Below, in pieces: positions 37,903-51,272 of a stretch of DNA of 54,374 nt (position 1 is the first letter of the stretch; each line of letters opens with the position of its first letter). Made by a program: the position numbers and the translations under genes. Source of the DNA: Catajapyx aquilonaris (lineage: Eukaryota); the NCBI GenBank assembly GCA_000934665.2, contig JYFJ02002582.1, forward strand, positions 1-54,374, written 5' to 3'. The notes under the pieces are model-generated. The model ran no database searches. It saw only the letters and a list, made by a program, of their open reading frames with translations, and was not told the DNA's origin.

Positions 37903-39651
37903 ATGAAGGGGCAGTTTTTGGGAGAAAATTTTGGAGGGAAATTTCAGACCGAATTTATAGACGCACTTTGGCCTCTTATTAACCTCAGTAGATACTTGGG
38001 GCTATTGCCTCTGTCCGGAAATCAGTTTACGCCTCACTTCTCATGGAGTTCTCCTTTCACCTGGTTTTGTATATTTCTTACTAGTAACAAAGCAATATTC
38101 CTATTGTCATTTGTAATACAGATTTTTTTCACGTCGTCCAGCATTTCTACGGACAGTTTGCTGATGACTATTCTCAATTTGCTCTATCACGTTCAGTCGT
38201 TTGGAATGGCTGTCCTAATATCTGCGAGGGTCAATTCATTTGCATTGTTTATGATATCGACAGTGAATGCAGATATCAAACTAGATCGGTATTATCAGTG
38301 GAATAGAAAAGTAGTTGTGAGCTGCTGGATGATGGTTGGGGTGTTTATTTCCATAGGCTTATTTAATCACGTAGCTTATTACGTGGCGAGTGGGATGTAT
38401 TACAATGTGACACACTCTCACGAAGCATTTTTTATAAAGATTGGTCGCGTAAACTTCCCATGGTTAGCTTTGGACAACAAAAATTTGGAGTACTTGATCG
38501 GGTTGTATAAAGTTATTGTTGATATTCCATGCAATCTGAGTTGGGCCTTTCCCGAAATGTTGCTGTTGTTAGCCGCTGAAGTTCTTAGAAAGAGATACAG
38601 GTGGCTGAACCACAAGTTGGAGCTGCTGAGGAGCTTTCAACCTTCTGTGGGGACGATGGAATCGATCAAATTTCAGCACACAACAATCACCCTAATAGTA
38701 AAGGTATGTTGTGTTGTTTTTCTGTTCATTTAACTAGATGACATACTTGAAGTTGGCTCACGTAATGAAAATATATACAGTACCGTAACCAATAGCATGT
38801 TCATTATTTTTTTATTAATGTAGGAAATGGATCGAGTAATTTCACCAATGACTTTGGTGTCTTACCTGAGCAATATTATCTTCTTATTTGGAGAATTGTA
38901 CCTGGGCTTATTTAGCCATTTGCCCAATGCAAACACCTTTGTCAGCTTCAACACTTTGTGGATTGTTGCTACGTTGTGCTTGAGGCTGATGCTACCATCT
39001 ATATCTGCTGCGCAAATGAACCAAGAGGTAAGTGTTTGCGTTTGGTTACATGCATTGTAATGGCACACTATGTATTTACAAGATGCATATTTCAAGGCAC
39101 ACAAAGTGAAGAGTTACATAGATGGTTGGTCAGTAACATCCTCTCATCGCAGATTAGAAGAAAATATTAGAAGGGAAATGGTGGTAAATACAACCAAACA
39201 ATCTAACATTTTTTGATTTATTCACTATAGTAATGATATTATACTTCACTTTTTAGGCCACATCCTTTATGTACCAGGTGGAATGCGACGGCATAGCATT
39301 CAGCGGATGCGGATTCTTTGTCATTACAAAGAGCTTTATTATGGGAGTACGTTTGTACAGTATACAGTCTTCATACCTGCATTCACTCACTAGAAGTCAT
39401 GAATTTACGTATTTCAGTTGGAAATTTTAATTGAAAAAGTCACAGTCACAAGAGGATGATGTGTCAGCAAGTATAAGCCATGCTACATATGACACAATAC
39501 ATAACTTTCTTTCAAAATGTGGCTGATCATTTTTCATATTAGCGATATTGATTTATAATATAATAATAACAGTTCTACTTCTTTTCAGCTGGTCAGCGCA
39601 ACTATTACGTATCAAATAGTAATTTTTCAATTTAGGAGTTCACTTAATTAG
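37903..39651 (+). CDS. Gustatory receptor GR4 of cluster, ~414 aa
   Basis: Exons 37903-38703, 38824-39027, 39097-39183, 39257-39346, 39589-39651. AFSGCGFFVITK and TYQIVIFQF. The start codon is uncertain. Confidence 0.87.
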
Positions 39652-39726
39652 AAGTCTTACACGTGCATAATTGGTTTACATAGTGCACGATTTGCAGAAC
39701 ATGTGGCAGCTATGTAGATGTTGAAG

Positions 39727-41655
39727 TCAGTCACTGCGAGTGGAAATTCTAAACTGCAGTATAACTGCTTCGTATGTAAGAATGACACTAAAGAGCTGGA
39801 AAATACAATCACAGTTAATCAAGCAAAGAGAATCATATTATGATATATGGTAATGCACGGACATACTTTAGTAATAAATGATTTGGTGAGTGGGAAAATA
39901 TCAGATGCGTGTATTGCAAGTGGCATTTCCAATTGCTGAGCAAATGAGTCGATCTGGAAGAAGATGTTAAAATAGGTACCGGTACGTCATGCAGCATACC
40001 AGCAGTAATGTGACAATTATTGTGATAATATTGATAATGAAAGATACTAACCATCAAAATATGTTCCATGTCACTTTTTGGTTCCAGCGGTGATTGCAAC
40101 AAAGGCCAGGAGTGTACGTAATATATGGTTTTCTTGGACTGTGGGCAAATAATGGTTGTTATTATATTGTGCGGCATGAGTAATAGTTTTATAAAATGAG
40201 AGTTATGCATATTACTCCAGTGAAGGTGTGTAGGCAAAAAAGCTCATGTATGTGTCAGTGAAATTTGGCTCTGGATAATGTGAAAAAAATGATTCTGTAG
40301 TTCGACAAATAAAACAAATAGTTGCAATCAGCATTACTTTTTTGTCGGCTCACCTGTCAATGCATTTTCTCCTAGTCAAGTTAATTCCCTACACTATGCT
40401 GCTTACCTCTTCATGGAGCATCGCCGCCAAGTAAGAAGGAATGAACAATCTGCTAATCGTAAGCAGTGAGCCATACACGGCTTCGTATTGTACGAATGCA
40501 TAAGGATCCTTCACATCTTGAAACATGAATAGGTACAGGCGACAAAAGATGAAAATAACATTACCAATCACAGCCAGAAACATCATTGGGCCCATAACGA
40601 CGTTAATATTCTGAAAATAATTAATGTGAACGTGTTCATAAATAATTTTAAGTCACGTGCGGTTGTATTACTCACCTGAATTATAATTGCTAATGTTGCA
40701 TGCCACTTTTTAAATTCCATTATTTTGCTAGTAGGTAAATAAGACGCATAAAATCGCATCAATGTTTTCTCCAGTCTGTCGTGCAGGCGTCTCAATATAA
40801 TGGCAGCGAATATTAGAAATACGTCGCTGAATATCCAGGCCATCTCGCCTAATATTTCCAGCACCCAGCAGAGAAAGGCTGTGGCCACTGGTGTACCAAC
40901 TACAGGCATATTGTAGTTTTGTAGTACTGCTGTCGTGATATTTTGTAAATCAAAATCCTGGGCCATGATGGCTCTCCTAATTATAAATTGCGTACTGGTC
41001 ACAACACTTAAACCAATCCATAATCCAAGACCTAACCACTGAATCCTGTAAAAAAAAACGTACAAGTATATAAAATGATGTCGACTGCGAATTTGCACAT
41101 TAACACTTATTGAACAGGTTTCAGGGCAAATCCGCTGAGGACATAAATAAGAATGTGGAGAGTATCTCTTCATAGTAAAATCGTGTATTCTCACAATCGG
41201 TTCCTTCTGTTTAGAATCCGGCCACATTCAGGCAGCTGCTTTTCTGTCCTGTAAATAAATCCGAGCAGTTGCGAAATTTCAGATGATTTCCACAGGATGA
41301 TAATGATTGTTCCTATGGACTGAACGTAAAAGGACAATAATGCCACACGGTAGGCGACATCCTCTGATTTGATAGGAGTTGACTGGCCGATAAACGAAGC
41401 TAGAAAGGCCAGGAACAAAGCTGATTCTCCTACAAGGGCGACCAAAGTGGCCGCCATCCCAAGCGACAGCCAACAAAATCGAGTTTGATTCTTGCATCCG
41501 ACCAATGGGAACAGGCCCACCAGTCTTCCGGCTGCGAAAAGAGGCCACAGAAAATCCACCACTTCTGAAGGCAATCTGGAGGACCGCCTTCGACAAGCCT
41601 TCGACCTTCCCATGGTCCACGGAAATGTGACGAGAGAGGAAACTAACAGCGACAT
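39727..41655 (-). CDS. Gustatory receptor GR5 of cluster, ~425 aa
   Basis: Exons 41195-41655, 40676-41045 (joined across a phase-2 intron), 40407-40610, 40052-40138, 39867-39953, 39727-39795. TYEAVILQF. Confidence 0.87.
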
Positions 41656-42151
41656 ACGGTGTTTGGGCTATATCAGTCGCATTCGCTCTAATTGGTGGGG
41701 ATTTGTGGAGCCACTTGATAGAAGGATTACACTGTGCTATCTTAGTTTAAAATACATACTGGAATTAGGGAGGTTATAAGCCAGCCTTATGTAACTGCTG
41801 TTTTTTAAACCACACTGTTAGCTTGGATTAATTTGATTTCCTTAAATTTACACAGCTTGTGATTTAGCGTCAAGTATTAAAGTCACTCTTACGATTCCAT
41901 CTGTAATAGTAATCACTTAGAAAAACTTGGAAAGGTGCTTAGAATATTTGAAAAATAATTTTGAGTTTAAAGTTCTACAAGTCCAGCTTAAACTCCTTAT
42001 TGGTGATGTACCATTGGTATTATTTATTCAGTACAAATAAAACGTCATGGTTTTAAAACTGCACTGACAACCGATTATTATCATAATTTATCCTGCAGCT
42101 CCTTTGGAAGCCAAGTAAGTCAAAGGCGTTACAATGTTCAGGTTATGTTCC

Positions 42152-43890
42152 TTACAATATCGTTGATTGGGTTGACTGTGTCTGTGGCTCAGAAATATTT
42201 GCAGTAACTTGTAAAACGACAACTTCATATGTGATGAGTGCACTCATAAGCTGTAAATGTAACATTGATTGCTTAAAATTTCACTGTTAATAAAAACGTG
42301 AATGGAACAATCACTCACCCGAGTCATAAAACTTTTGTCCAAAAGAAAATAATTACTGCCTGTGAATCCAATTGGCGGATGTTGCAATTGTTTAATAAAT
42401 CTATTAATCTGAAAATAATAAGGAACATTTTATTTACAATAGCTGTTGGTCCGAATAAAACTGCATTAAATACTCACCACAAGTATTCGTCCAGTGGTTC
42501 CTTCTTTGTCGGCAGGATTTGCTGCTGCTGAAGGCCACATTTTCACGTATTTCAGTGCATTGTGGGCCTTAAATTAGCAAAAAGAATTTGCACAATTTGT
42601 TTGAATACAAAAACAGCGACCAACTATATTCTGGTGCAATATATTGCAGACCTTGTTTAATTTTTTTACTATATACCTCTTCATGAAGTTTGGCGGCACA
42701 AAATGCTGCACACATGGTTCTGCCAAAGACATAGCAGAAACTGAAGCCACTATCGAGTCGTTCCATCAGAGTAGGAGCTTCCCACGTATCAGATATGCCT
42801 AAGTAAAGGCGGGAGAAAATGAATCCGACATCGCCCAAGACAGATATCAGTGTCTGTTGGGATATCACGAGGTCGATATTCTGTAAGAAGAAATAAATTA
42901 CAGCCCAGATATTGATGACACAACTGAAGTTCTTTTCATTTTCTGCATATAAGATTACCTTGACCATGTTGGCCATCAGAACATGGTCTTTTCTGATATC
43001 ATCCAATCTATTGTCAGGCACTCTAAATGTGTCCATCTTAGCTAAAATTTTGTTGTACCTGAGGTAAAATCTTCTCAAAACCAAAGATGAGATGATTATG
43101 ACCATATCTGCAAAACTCCATGCGCAATGGCAAAATCCTTCCACCAAAAAGACTGCAACACCACCCATCCACCAGGGCATTACTTTCTCCATATTGTAAG
43201 CATCAGTCATATCTCTGATATACGATCGCAGACTCTCTGACTTGTACCTGAATTTCGCTGCGTTGACAAAAAAGGCCGAATTTGCCACGCCAATAATAAA
43301 GTGGACAATAGTGACCGTCCAGCAAAGACGAACTAGTCCATCCCCTCGATGAGGTCTATATTTATGTAGCGTCGCCTACAAGGTGCCAGAGATTGTGGTT
43401 ACGTAAAATTATATGACTACAAAAATGAAATTAATAACACTTTTTGTGTACATTATTTGAAATGTGTGGATAATACAATAAAAACTATATTATGTACATC
43501 ACTTACCTCTGAGCGACGAAGGTACTCAAACAGCTGAGGAAGGTCACTTGCCCTGCGCAGGACAATTATAGTAACGACAGAGGCGTGTAGAAAGAATATG
43601 AAATTGAGAAGATACACAACCATGTTGTCGTAGGTCAGAGGCAAATCGTGCGCCATGTTTCCAATTTGACAAAAAAGGATAAATAACTTTCCACAGGCAA
43701 TGAACAGGCACCAGGCTGTCCGAAACTCTAACCACTTGAACTCCAAGGAACCATCAGAATTACAAGACAATGGAAAGGTGCCCAATATTTTGGACAAAGT
43801 AAAAAGTGGTCGCAAACAGTCCATAATCTCGAAGGATTCATCAGCCACAAAGGGCTTCAGCATTGTTTGGCTTGCGGCTGTGTGAGACAT
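42152..43890 (-). CDS. Gustatory receptor GR6 of cluster, ~427 aa
   Basis: Exons 43507-43890, 42959-43375, 42677-42880, 42478-42567, 42319-42408, 42152-42250. GFTGSNYFLLDK and TYEVVVLQV. Confidence 0.88.
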
Positions 43891-44423
43891 GCTGGTTAGT
43901 GGTGATATGGATGAGTGCTTCCGATGAATTGATTTCGTGTGTGTACGTTAGGTGCTAGAGAAAAACTCATCAGTCGATATCCGGCATGGACGTCAGTGCT
44001 TCTTTTGACCTTGGTTTCTCTACCTTTCAGTGCGATTTATTATCCTAGGGAGACCAATATGCATAATTTAAGGATGTGCCAATCATTGAAGTATACTCTT
44101 CTCATGTACTACCCTGACATACACCCACTCACAAAATGCGTGCCAAGAGAGACATTTTTTACGTATTATTCTGACATAAACACATCGCAATATTAGGTCT
44201 ATATCATATTAATATGTATATAAGAATGTCTGCTCATGGAACAGGATTAGGCAGGCTAGTCATTACAGTTATTGCTCAAATTATCAGAGTACAGTACTGA
44301 TGTGGACTAATGCACTAAGATTACGCTGCTTTTTATTATGCAGGTGGAAACTACAACCGGTACCGATCTGTAGACTGTAGTGTATTTCTGTACGTATATA
44401 TAATTATACGCTGTGTAGAATAC

Positions 44424-46157
44424 CTAAGCGGTTTCAAATTGAACTATTACAATTCCGTAAGTGAGTATGGCTCCTATTACCTGAAAGTGAAGTAACGTAA
44501 TTAAATCAATATTATTAATGATGTCGGACTTGATGTACTCACTTGCGAAATAAACTTCCTGTCTAATAGAAAATAGCCATTAGCCGTAAATCCTGCAGTT
44601 GATGTCCTGAGTTGACATATGAATAAGTTCATCTATAAAGAAGGAATTTTACATAAGGTATCTGATAGACACTAGTCTACATTATTTTGTTCCAAGCCTT
44701 TGCAGTGTATAGAGTACAGTGAACCACAGTATATAAACAGGCATAACATGTATTTCAATATCCCTCTTAACTTCTGCCACATTCATCAATTTGCAAAAAT
44801 GTTTAATTGAACCAATCACTGAAAACTTGCCACGGCTAAACGACCCGTGTCTGCACGTCTGTGATTCTTGAGGATGTTTAATGATGGCCAGAATTTTATG
44901 TGCTGTAGAGAAATAACCGACTACAAAAGAAAACCAGATTATAATACATTAGCAGCAGTCAATAAAAATAAATTCAAAGTACATACAGAAGCATACCTCT
45001 TCCGCCAGTTTGCATCCACAGTAAAGTGACAGCATCATGCGCAATAAAACCACTATGAAACTGGCAACTGATTCGGCCTTTAGTAATACAGTTGGCTTTC
45101 TGGCCAAATCCTCCAGTCCCAAGTACAAGCGTGCACATATAAAACATATATTTCCAACAGTGGCTATCAAAATATGTGGAGAAATGGCACCGTCAATTTT
45201 CTGAAACAAAGTACGACACAAAATTAATAACCAATGTAGAATAATAGGAGTAATTGACGACATTTTATGCAACATGAACTAGTACAGGAAATTTATTCCA
45301 TCAGCACATAAAAGGAAATAAATCCAGATGTAACGGTTATTTTGTATGAGTGCAGTTTGACTCGAGTATAAAGATGGCGAAATACTTACGTAAACCAAAG
45401 TCGAAATGTTGGTGAAATCTACCCTCAGTGCCTCAAGATGCGAGGATTCGCGCCAGATGCCTCCTTCTGATTCCACCTTCCTGTTGAAATTCCTGAAAAA
45501 CCCTCGCAACACAGCAGCAAGCACCGCCGTGTAAACATCAGAGAAGATCCAAGCAGCCTTGTCAAACACCTCGAAGCAGATGACCCCAATTCCTCCCGCA
45601 TACCCCGGATTGTAATCCTTCAGCCCACTAGTTTTGGCCAGGTTGATCATATGTTCCAGGAAACTCACCGAATTTCGCCTGAATGCAACGGATGCCATGT
45701 ACATGAAGGAACACATCCCCTCGAGTAGCATCACCCCACCGATTAAAATCCAGCAGGCTCTCACAATGTATCGCCTACTTGGGATGTACTGAACCACATG
45801 TTTTTGCACAACTTGCACCTCTTCTGCAATGGTTGGCAAGTAAGGTGCGCCCCAAATAACCAAAACGGTACTGACGAACGAATGTAGGTGCAGGGTTAGG
45901 CTTGGAACGCAGGGTGCCTTCACTTCTTCATCAGCGACTGATAATATCCGGAACGTAAGCAGGGTGAATTTTCCACCGAGCACAATGAAGGACCAGATGG
46001 TCCAGGGGTGAATCCAGGAGAAATGGAGCTTCCCTCCGGTATCCACAGTAAATGGAAACAGGCCTAAAATTCGGGTTATGTACAGAAATGGGCGAAGAAC
46101 TCGAAAGGCATCGGTTTTGTCACACATGACGAGCTGAGTATCCTGATGACCAAACAT
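44424..46157 (-). CDS. Gustatory receptor GR7 of cluster, ~402 aa
   Basis: Exons 45390-46157, 44997-45200, 44831-44920 (GC donor), 44543-44632, 44424-44480. GFTANGYFLLDR and TYGIVIVQF. Confidence 0.85.
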
Positions 46158-47028
46158 GACACATTATGTCTTCTAACTCGCGCTTTTTCGGTGAGTACCA
46201 GTGAATAGAGGGTGTGCTTGGAGACTTAATAATTCAGAAGGCTTTAATAGACTTGCTCACAATGGAACACTTTACAGCTATGGAATTATTTATGGCGGGT
46301 CTGATTAGATGATCCTTGAAGCTCTCGAGAAACACTTGTGACCGTGTCACATGTCAATTTGTTCTTTTCAAAAAATACTGTACTGCATTGTGTTTTTTTC
46401 ACGTGTACTTTTGGCACGCAAGGGCACCTCGCCTAAAGTACGAGTGTGAAGAAATGGCTGTGTCCAGACTTTCCAGTAATTGAAAGCAATGCTCAATGGG
46501 TACTCGATGTCATATGTATAGGTACGATCGTATATTACATTATAAAAGTCACTCTCGATATTGAGGTAAGTGGAGGTAAATACTGTAACTCGATCTTAGA
46601 CAAGGATATCATCTAGAAGACTTGTAAAATTTTAATTACGTGAAACATCATCCGCATACAAAGTGATACTCTCCGTCCATGTTCTGGATCAACTTGAGTT
46701 ATTTTGAGAATGAAATTATTATTGTTTCAATATATAACAGGTAATGTAATAACACGAAACATCCAAGATACATTATGTTTATTAGATTAATATTGCGAGT
46801 AAAGATCCTTACTAAAATCACAGCGCTCTTCATGCCAAGTAATCGCAGTAATATGCGAGTCTGCTGGCTTAAGAAAGTCTATATGGTTATCTCATGCAGA
46901 AGTTACAACTTCTAATCTAATTTAAAATGTTACAGTATGTGCAAAAGTAAATAAACAAGCTGCTGTTTCTTTAAAATTGTGACATATATTCCATGTCCAT
47001 TGTAGCCCATCTTTTTAATTCAGCTTTT

Positions 47029-48576
47029 TCAGGAAGTTCCAATAAGCTGCAAAATAAACACCTCATATGTCACCAGAACGCTGACGAACTGCAATATAAG
47101 AGAAAAATGTAAGAATTTCTAAAAGACAAAGTGACGTACCGGCATGTGATACGTAATACTAGAGATGAGGATTAATCACTATACTGTAGGCCTACCGTGC
47201 ATATAAAGGACTTGTTGAAAACAAAAAATCCTCCCAAGGAGATGGATGATGGTTCTGACTGAAGCTGATTCCAAAGTCTGCTCCACTGTTTACCAAAAAT
47301 GAATCAGTTTTAAAGTTCACTTAAATAGTTTCATCTTCCGAACACTAAATCACGATGTTCTTACCACCAAATCGGCTGCCAATTCTTCTGATGAAGGCCA
47401 TCGAGCTATAATATTGATTGGTTGCTGTGCCTGTAAGAAAATATGCAATGGAATTGAGTAACGTTACCACTTAACGATACAACTGAGCAGTGAATAAAGA
47501 ATAAGACTCAATTCAATACTAGCCTCTTCATTAAGACGTGCAGCACAATAGGCCGAGACTAAAGCACGTCCCATGACAAATACGATGCAGTAAAAGGATT
47601 CGACATGTCCAATTAGAGTCTTCTGACGTCTCTCACGCTGCGACAGCCGAATGCGGATTAGAGTGTAACAAGCATCGCACAGAATGCTTATCAGGTAAAG
47701 TGGCGATGTAGCGTCGTTCACTTTCTGGAAAAAAATATTATTTGAACAGCTAATTACTTCTGGAGTATATTTTGCACTTACCTGAACCAGAGAATTAATC
47801 AGCTGGTGATCCATCCTGAGGCTTTCCAGTTCCATTGTGCTTGGCATAGAATCTTTGAACTTGGTCATGAATTTGTTGAATCGCTGGTAGAAGCGAGTAA
47901 TGACCAGCGATATGATAATGAGCAATCCTTCTGAGTATGACCATGATATTTGAAAAAACACCTCCATATAGACGCTAACCACAGCACTCAGAGGCCATGG
48001 GATATCATCAATCCCCAAGAGTGCCGATAAATTGTCAAAATATTCTCTGACATTGGAAGAATTTGTACGCACACCCACTGCTGACATGAACAGGACCAGA
48101 TGTAGGAAGGTGATGATGTTGTAGCCAAGGGTGACTGCCCAACACCTCTTCACAACGTTTGTTGCTTCCACTCCCCTATACTTCTGTAGACGCTTTTCCA
48201 CGTGAGAGCAGTAGTTCATCATACTCTGGATGTCTTTTGCTTTGTATAATATCACAACAGTTGTGAGTGTTGAATGGAGGCAATACAACAAATTAGTCAA
48301 GTACAAAGTAGTGTTCATCGTAGGTATTCGTGTGAAAACGTGCACAATAAAGGTCTTTGTTAACAGCACAGTTTTGATGGCTTTGTGAGCCAAAATGAAA
48401 AGGGTGAAAATGGTCACCAATGAGGTCCATCTGAACCTGAGTCTATTTTTGGACACTTTCTGGAACGGAAATGTGGCCAGGTATTTTCCCAATGAAAAGT
48501 AAGGCCATATAGCACTCCAAAACTCAGATTCGACAGAATTGTTGTTCTCGTAATAAAGGCGGCTGTCTAGATCCAT
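47029..48576 (-). CDS. Gustatory receptor GR8 of cluster, ~403 aa (needs a GC donor; could be a splice-defective pseudogene)
   Basis: Exons 47782-48576, 47524-47724 (donor GAG|GCTAGT), 47365-47430, 47196-47285, 47029-47088. SISLGGFFVFNK and TYEVFILQL. Confidence 0.82.
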
Positions 48577-48910
48577 CGCAGCGACAGTAGTGAAGAAGGT
48601 GGACTGGGTAGTGACAAATTGGGTCAATGGGACAGTGATAAATGATTCTTCCTATACGTAAGAATGTCGCCTGGTAGATCTATAATAATCGGATAGGGCT
48701 ATGTAAAGCGCAGTTGTCAACGAGAAAATCGCATGCACGTCGTTTATTATTCTAGTTATTGGCTTTTCTACGAAACCTGTCCAATTGCGATCGTCCTCAT
48801 CACAAGACCAGGCCGTAGATTATTGGAACTTTTATTGCGCCGTAAATTTACATCTCCACTTTATTTTCCAGGCTAATCATTATTACATAATAATATAAAT
48901 GGGACAATGT

Positions 48911-50498
48911 TTATGAAAACTGTAGAATCACAATTTCATAAGTGATCAGAGCACTCACCAACTGAAATAAAAGTTTTTAAGGATTACTCTTTTGAATAAA
49001 ATACAGAGCCATGAATGCTGTACCTTGGTAATGAAGCTTTTGTCCAAAATAAAAAATCCACTCCCAGTAAATCCTACTGGAGTTTCCAGTTGCTTTAAAA
49101 AGCGATTTATCTATAAAAACAATGGTAATTATCAGGTTATTGGCGCCAACATGAAAGTACAAAACTTCTTACCACCAATAATTTTTCAGTTGACTGCTCG
49201 ATACTGTCGATTCCTAATGCAGATGGCATTGACCTTATCATATGAAACGTCCGCTGTGCCTTTGAAAATCGAATTGAATCAGTTGGTTCAGTAGAATGTA
49301 AATAATTAATAATGCACATGAGGTGAAGCAATACCTCACTGCTGAGGGCCGATGCGAAGAGTGCGCATGCCATCATCCTGACACCGACGTGGCAGAAACT
49401 AAAGGCTGCTTCGAAACGCACAAACATATTCGGGTCATGAAAAATTCGGTCCAGGCCGACATAGAGGCGGGCAAAGATGTAGCTCCCATTACTAAGAAAT
49501 GTTATGAGAACCAACGGCGACAAGCATTCGTCAACTTTCTGCAAGTAAGTTTACTAGTGTTATAAAAATTATCAATAACCTCCCTCTAAAGGCCCAATTA
49601 CTTTCATTAGATCAAGAGGCAGACAGAGAATTCCAGATTAAGAATTAAGTTAATTAAACAAAATGCTCACCTGCAAGATTGCACCGATTAGTGCATGGTC
49701 ACTTCTAAGTTGCTCCAACTGCGTCGCGCTAATATTAAGTCCCTGAGTGCTAGCTTCGACTGCCTGATTCAGGCGAAAGAAACAGCAGGAAAAGAAGATA
49801 GAAAACAGGGAAATGAATACGTCCACCAGCATCCATGATATGTGGCAGACCAGTTCCATCACAATGGCATAAACTCCACCTACAATATCCGGCATAAGTA
49901 CTTGTATAATCCCGTAGTCGTCAGCCACTGCCCTAAGAAAGTGCACCGGTGCATCAGTACTGTTGTGGCTAACACCAACCCGGATGAAGTAGCATATCGA
50001 GTTGGACATCCCGAGGCACAAGAAGAACAAAGTGGCCAATCTGCACCTCCTGATCAGTCTCCTGGAGCACCTCCTGTACCGATGAAGCTGCTTCTCCAAG
50101 TGGGTGCAGTAGGTGAAGGTGTCCGTTAGGGTCTTGGCTTTGCAGAGCAGCAGAAGGGTGACCACCGCGGAGTGGATGAGGAAGGTGGTGTTGACCAGGT
50201 GTGTGATGATGCTCGTGCTGGCCTTTCCCGTGGACGACTGCAGCGAGGTCAGTTCCAGGCAGAGGAGGAAGAGCTTGTTGAAGAACCAGAAGAGTGTCCA
50301 CCAGGTGACTGGCCTTGTCCAGGAGAAGGTGTTGGAGGAGGATATGGGGTAGGTGCCCAAGAAGCGGGACAGGAACAGAAACGGGGTGAATGACCGGAAG
50401 ATGTCGCGATATTCGCTCGGGGATGGCTGCCGTCGTTTGCTTCTGTTGCAAGGCATGGTGGCAAAGTGCTCTACAACTGTCTCCAACCGCCTATGCAT
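48911..50498 (-). CDS. Gustatory receptor GR9 of cluster, ~418 aa
   Basis: Exons 49671-50498, 49335-49538, 49173-49259, 49024-49110, 48911-48961. GFTGSGFFILDK and TYEIVILQF. Confidence 0.88.
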
Positions 50499-51272
50499 CA
50501 GGTGTTATGGTCGATCCTGTCTAAGCTTTACGTCCGTCACATCGTCCCGGCACGAACTTTGTTTAGTTGGAAAAATCCTTGTGTCGAACTGCACTGATAT
50601 GTAATATTTAAGGTGCAGCAGCCAACCATCACTTGAGGGCTCTCTGTCTCTGTAGCGGACACCCGGAATAAGACTGTCTTTGTTCCTTCCATAAGTTATT
50701 CACGGTGACCTCAATTCTTGCGTTTGTGCCGGGACAAGATGGACACTGGCATGCTTTATGAAGGGGAAAAATGAGCATTATAAAATTTCAAGGCGTGCCC
50801 TCAATATCAGTGGGGTCAGGTTAAGCTTGGTTTTTTGTGCAATGAGATTGACACCTTTGGTTATAAACACGAAAGAAAATGATTGAGTGGGGAGGGGGGG
50901 GGGAGGAGGCGTCCACTTCGTCTTGTGAACATTTGAAGATTTTCTCACAGGTGACAAAATATCATGATAAATTTAATGTTTGTTCACCTCTCCTCTGTCA
51001 TCTTGCAAGATACTCACCTGATTTTAGGTGCGTTGTTTCTGTACAGTATTTCTGATGCAGACTACATACCAGCTACTACTGCTGTAAATCCATTTAGTCA
51101 TTAAATATTGCTCATGAGTTGCAAGCGTGCGAAGCAGGTACTATTGACGTGCTGTCATTTATCTTCCGGCCGTAAACCATGCCACTAAATTTTTTTTCCT
51201 TGCTATTGTCTCCATAAATCTGCACATTCTGCTTATAGTGAGAACATTTTTTTTTGAAATGCAAATTTCACT

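Noticed and set aside
44895..44910. Apparent frameshift in GR7 exon 3 if the acceptor ctctacag is read as an Ala-His start like the paralogs
   Set aside because: The upstream acceptor ttttgtag (exon boundary 44920) gives an in-frame 90-nt exon that aligns with GR6, so there is no frameshift.
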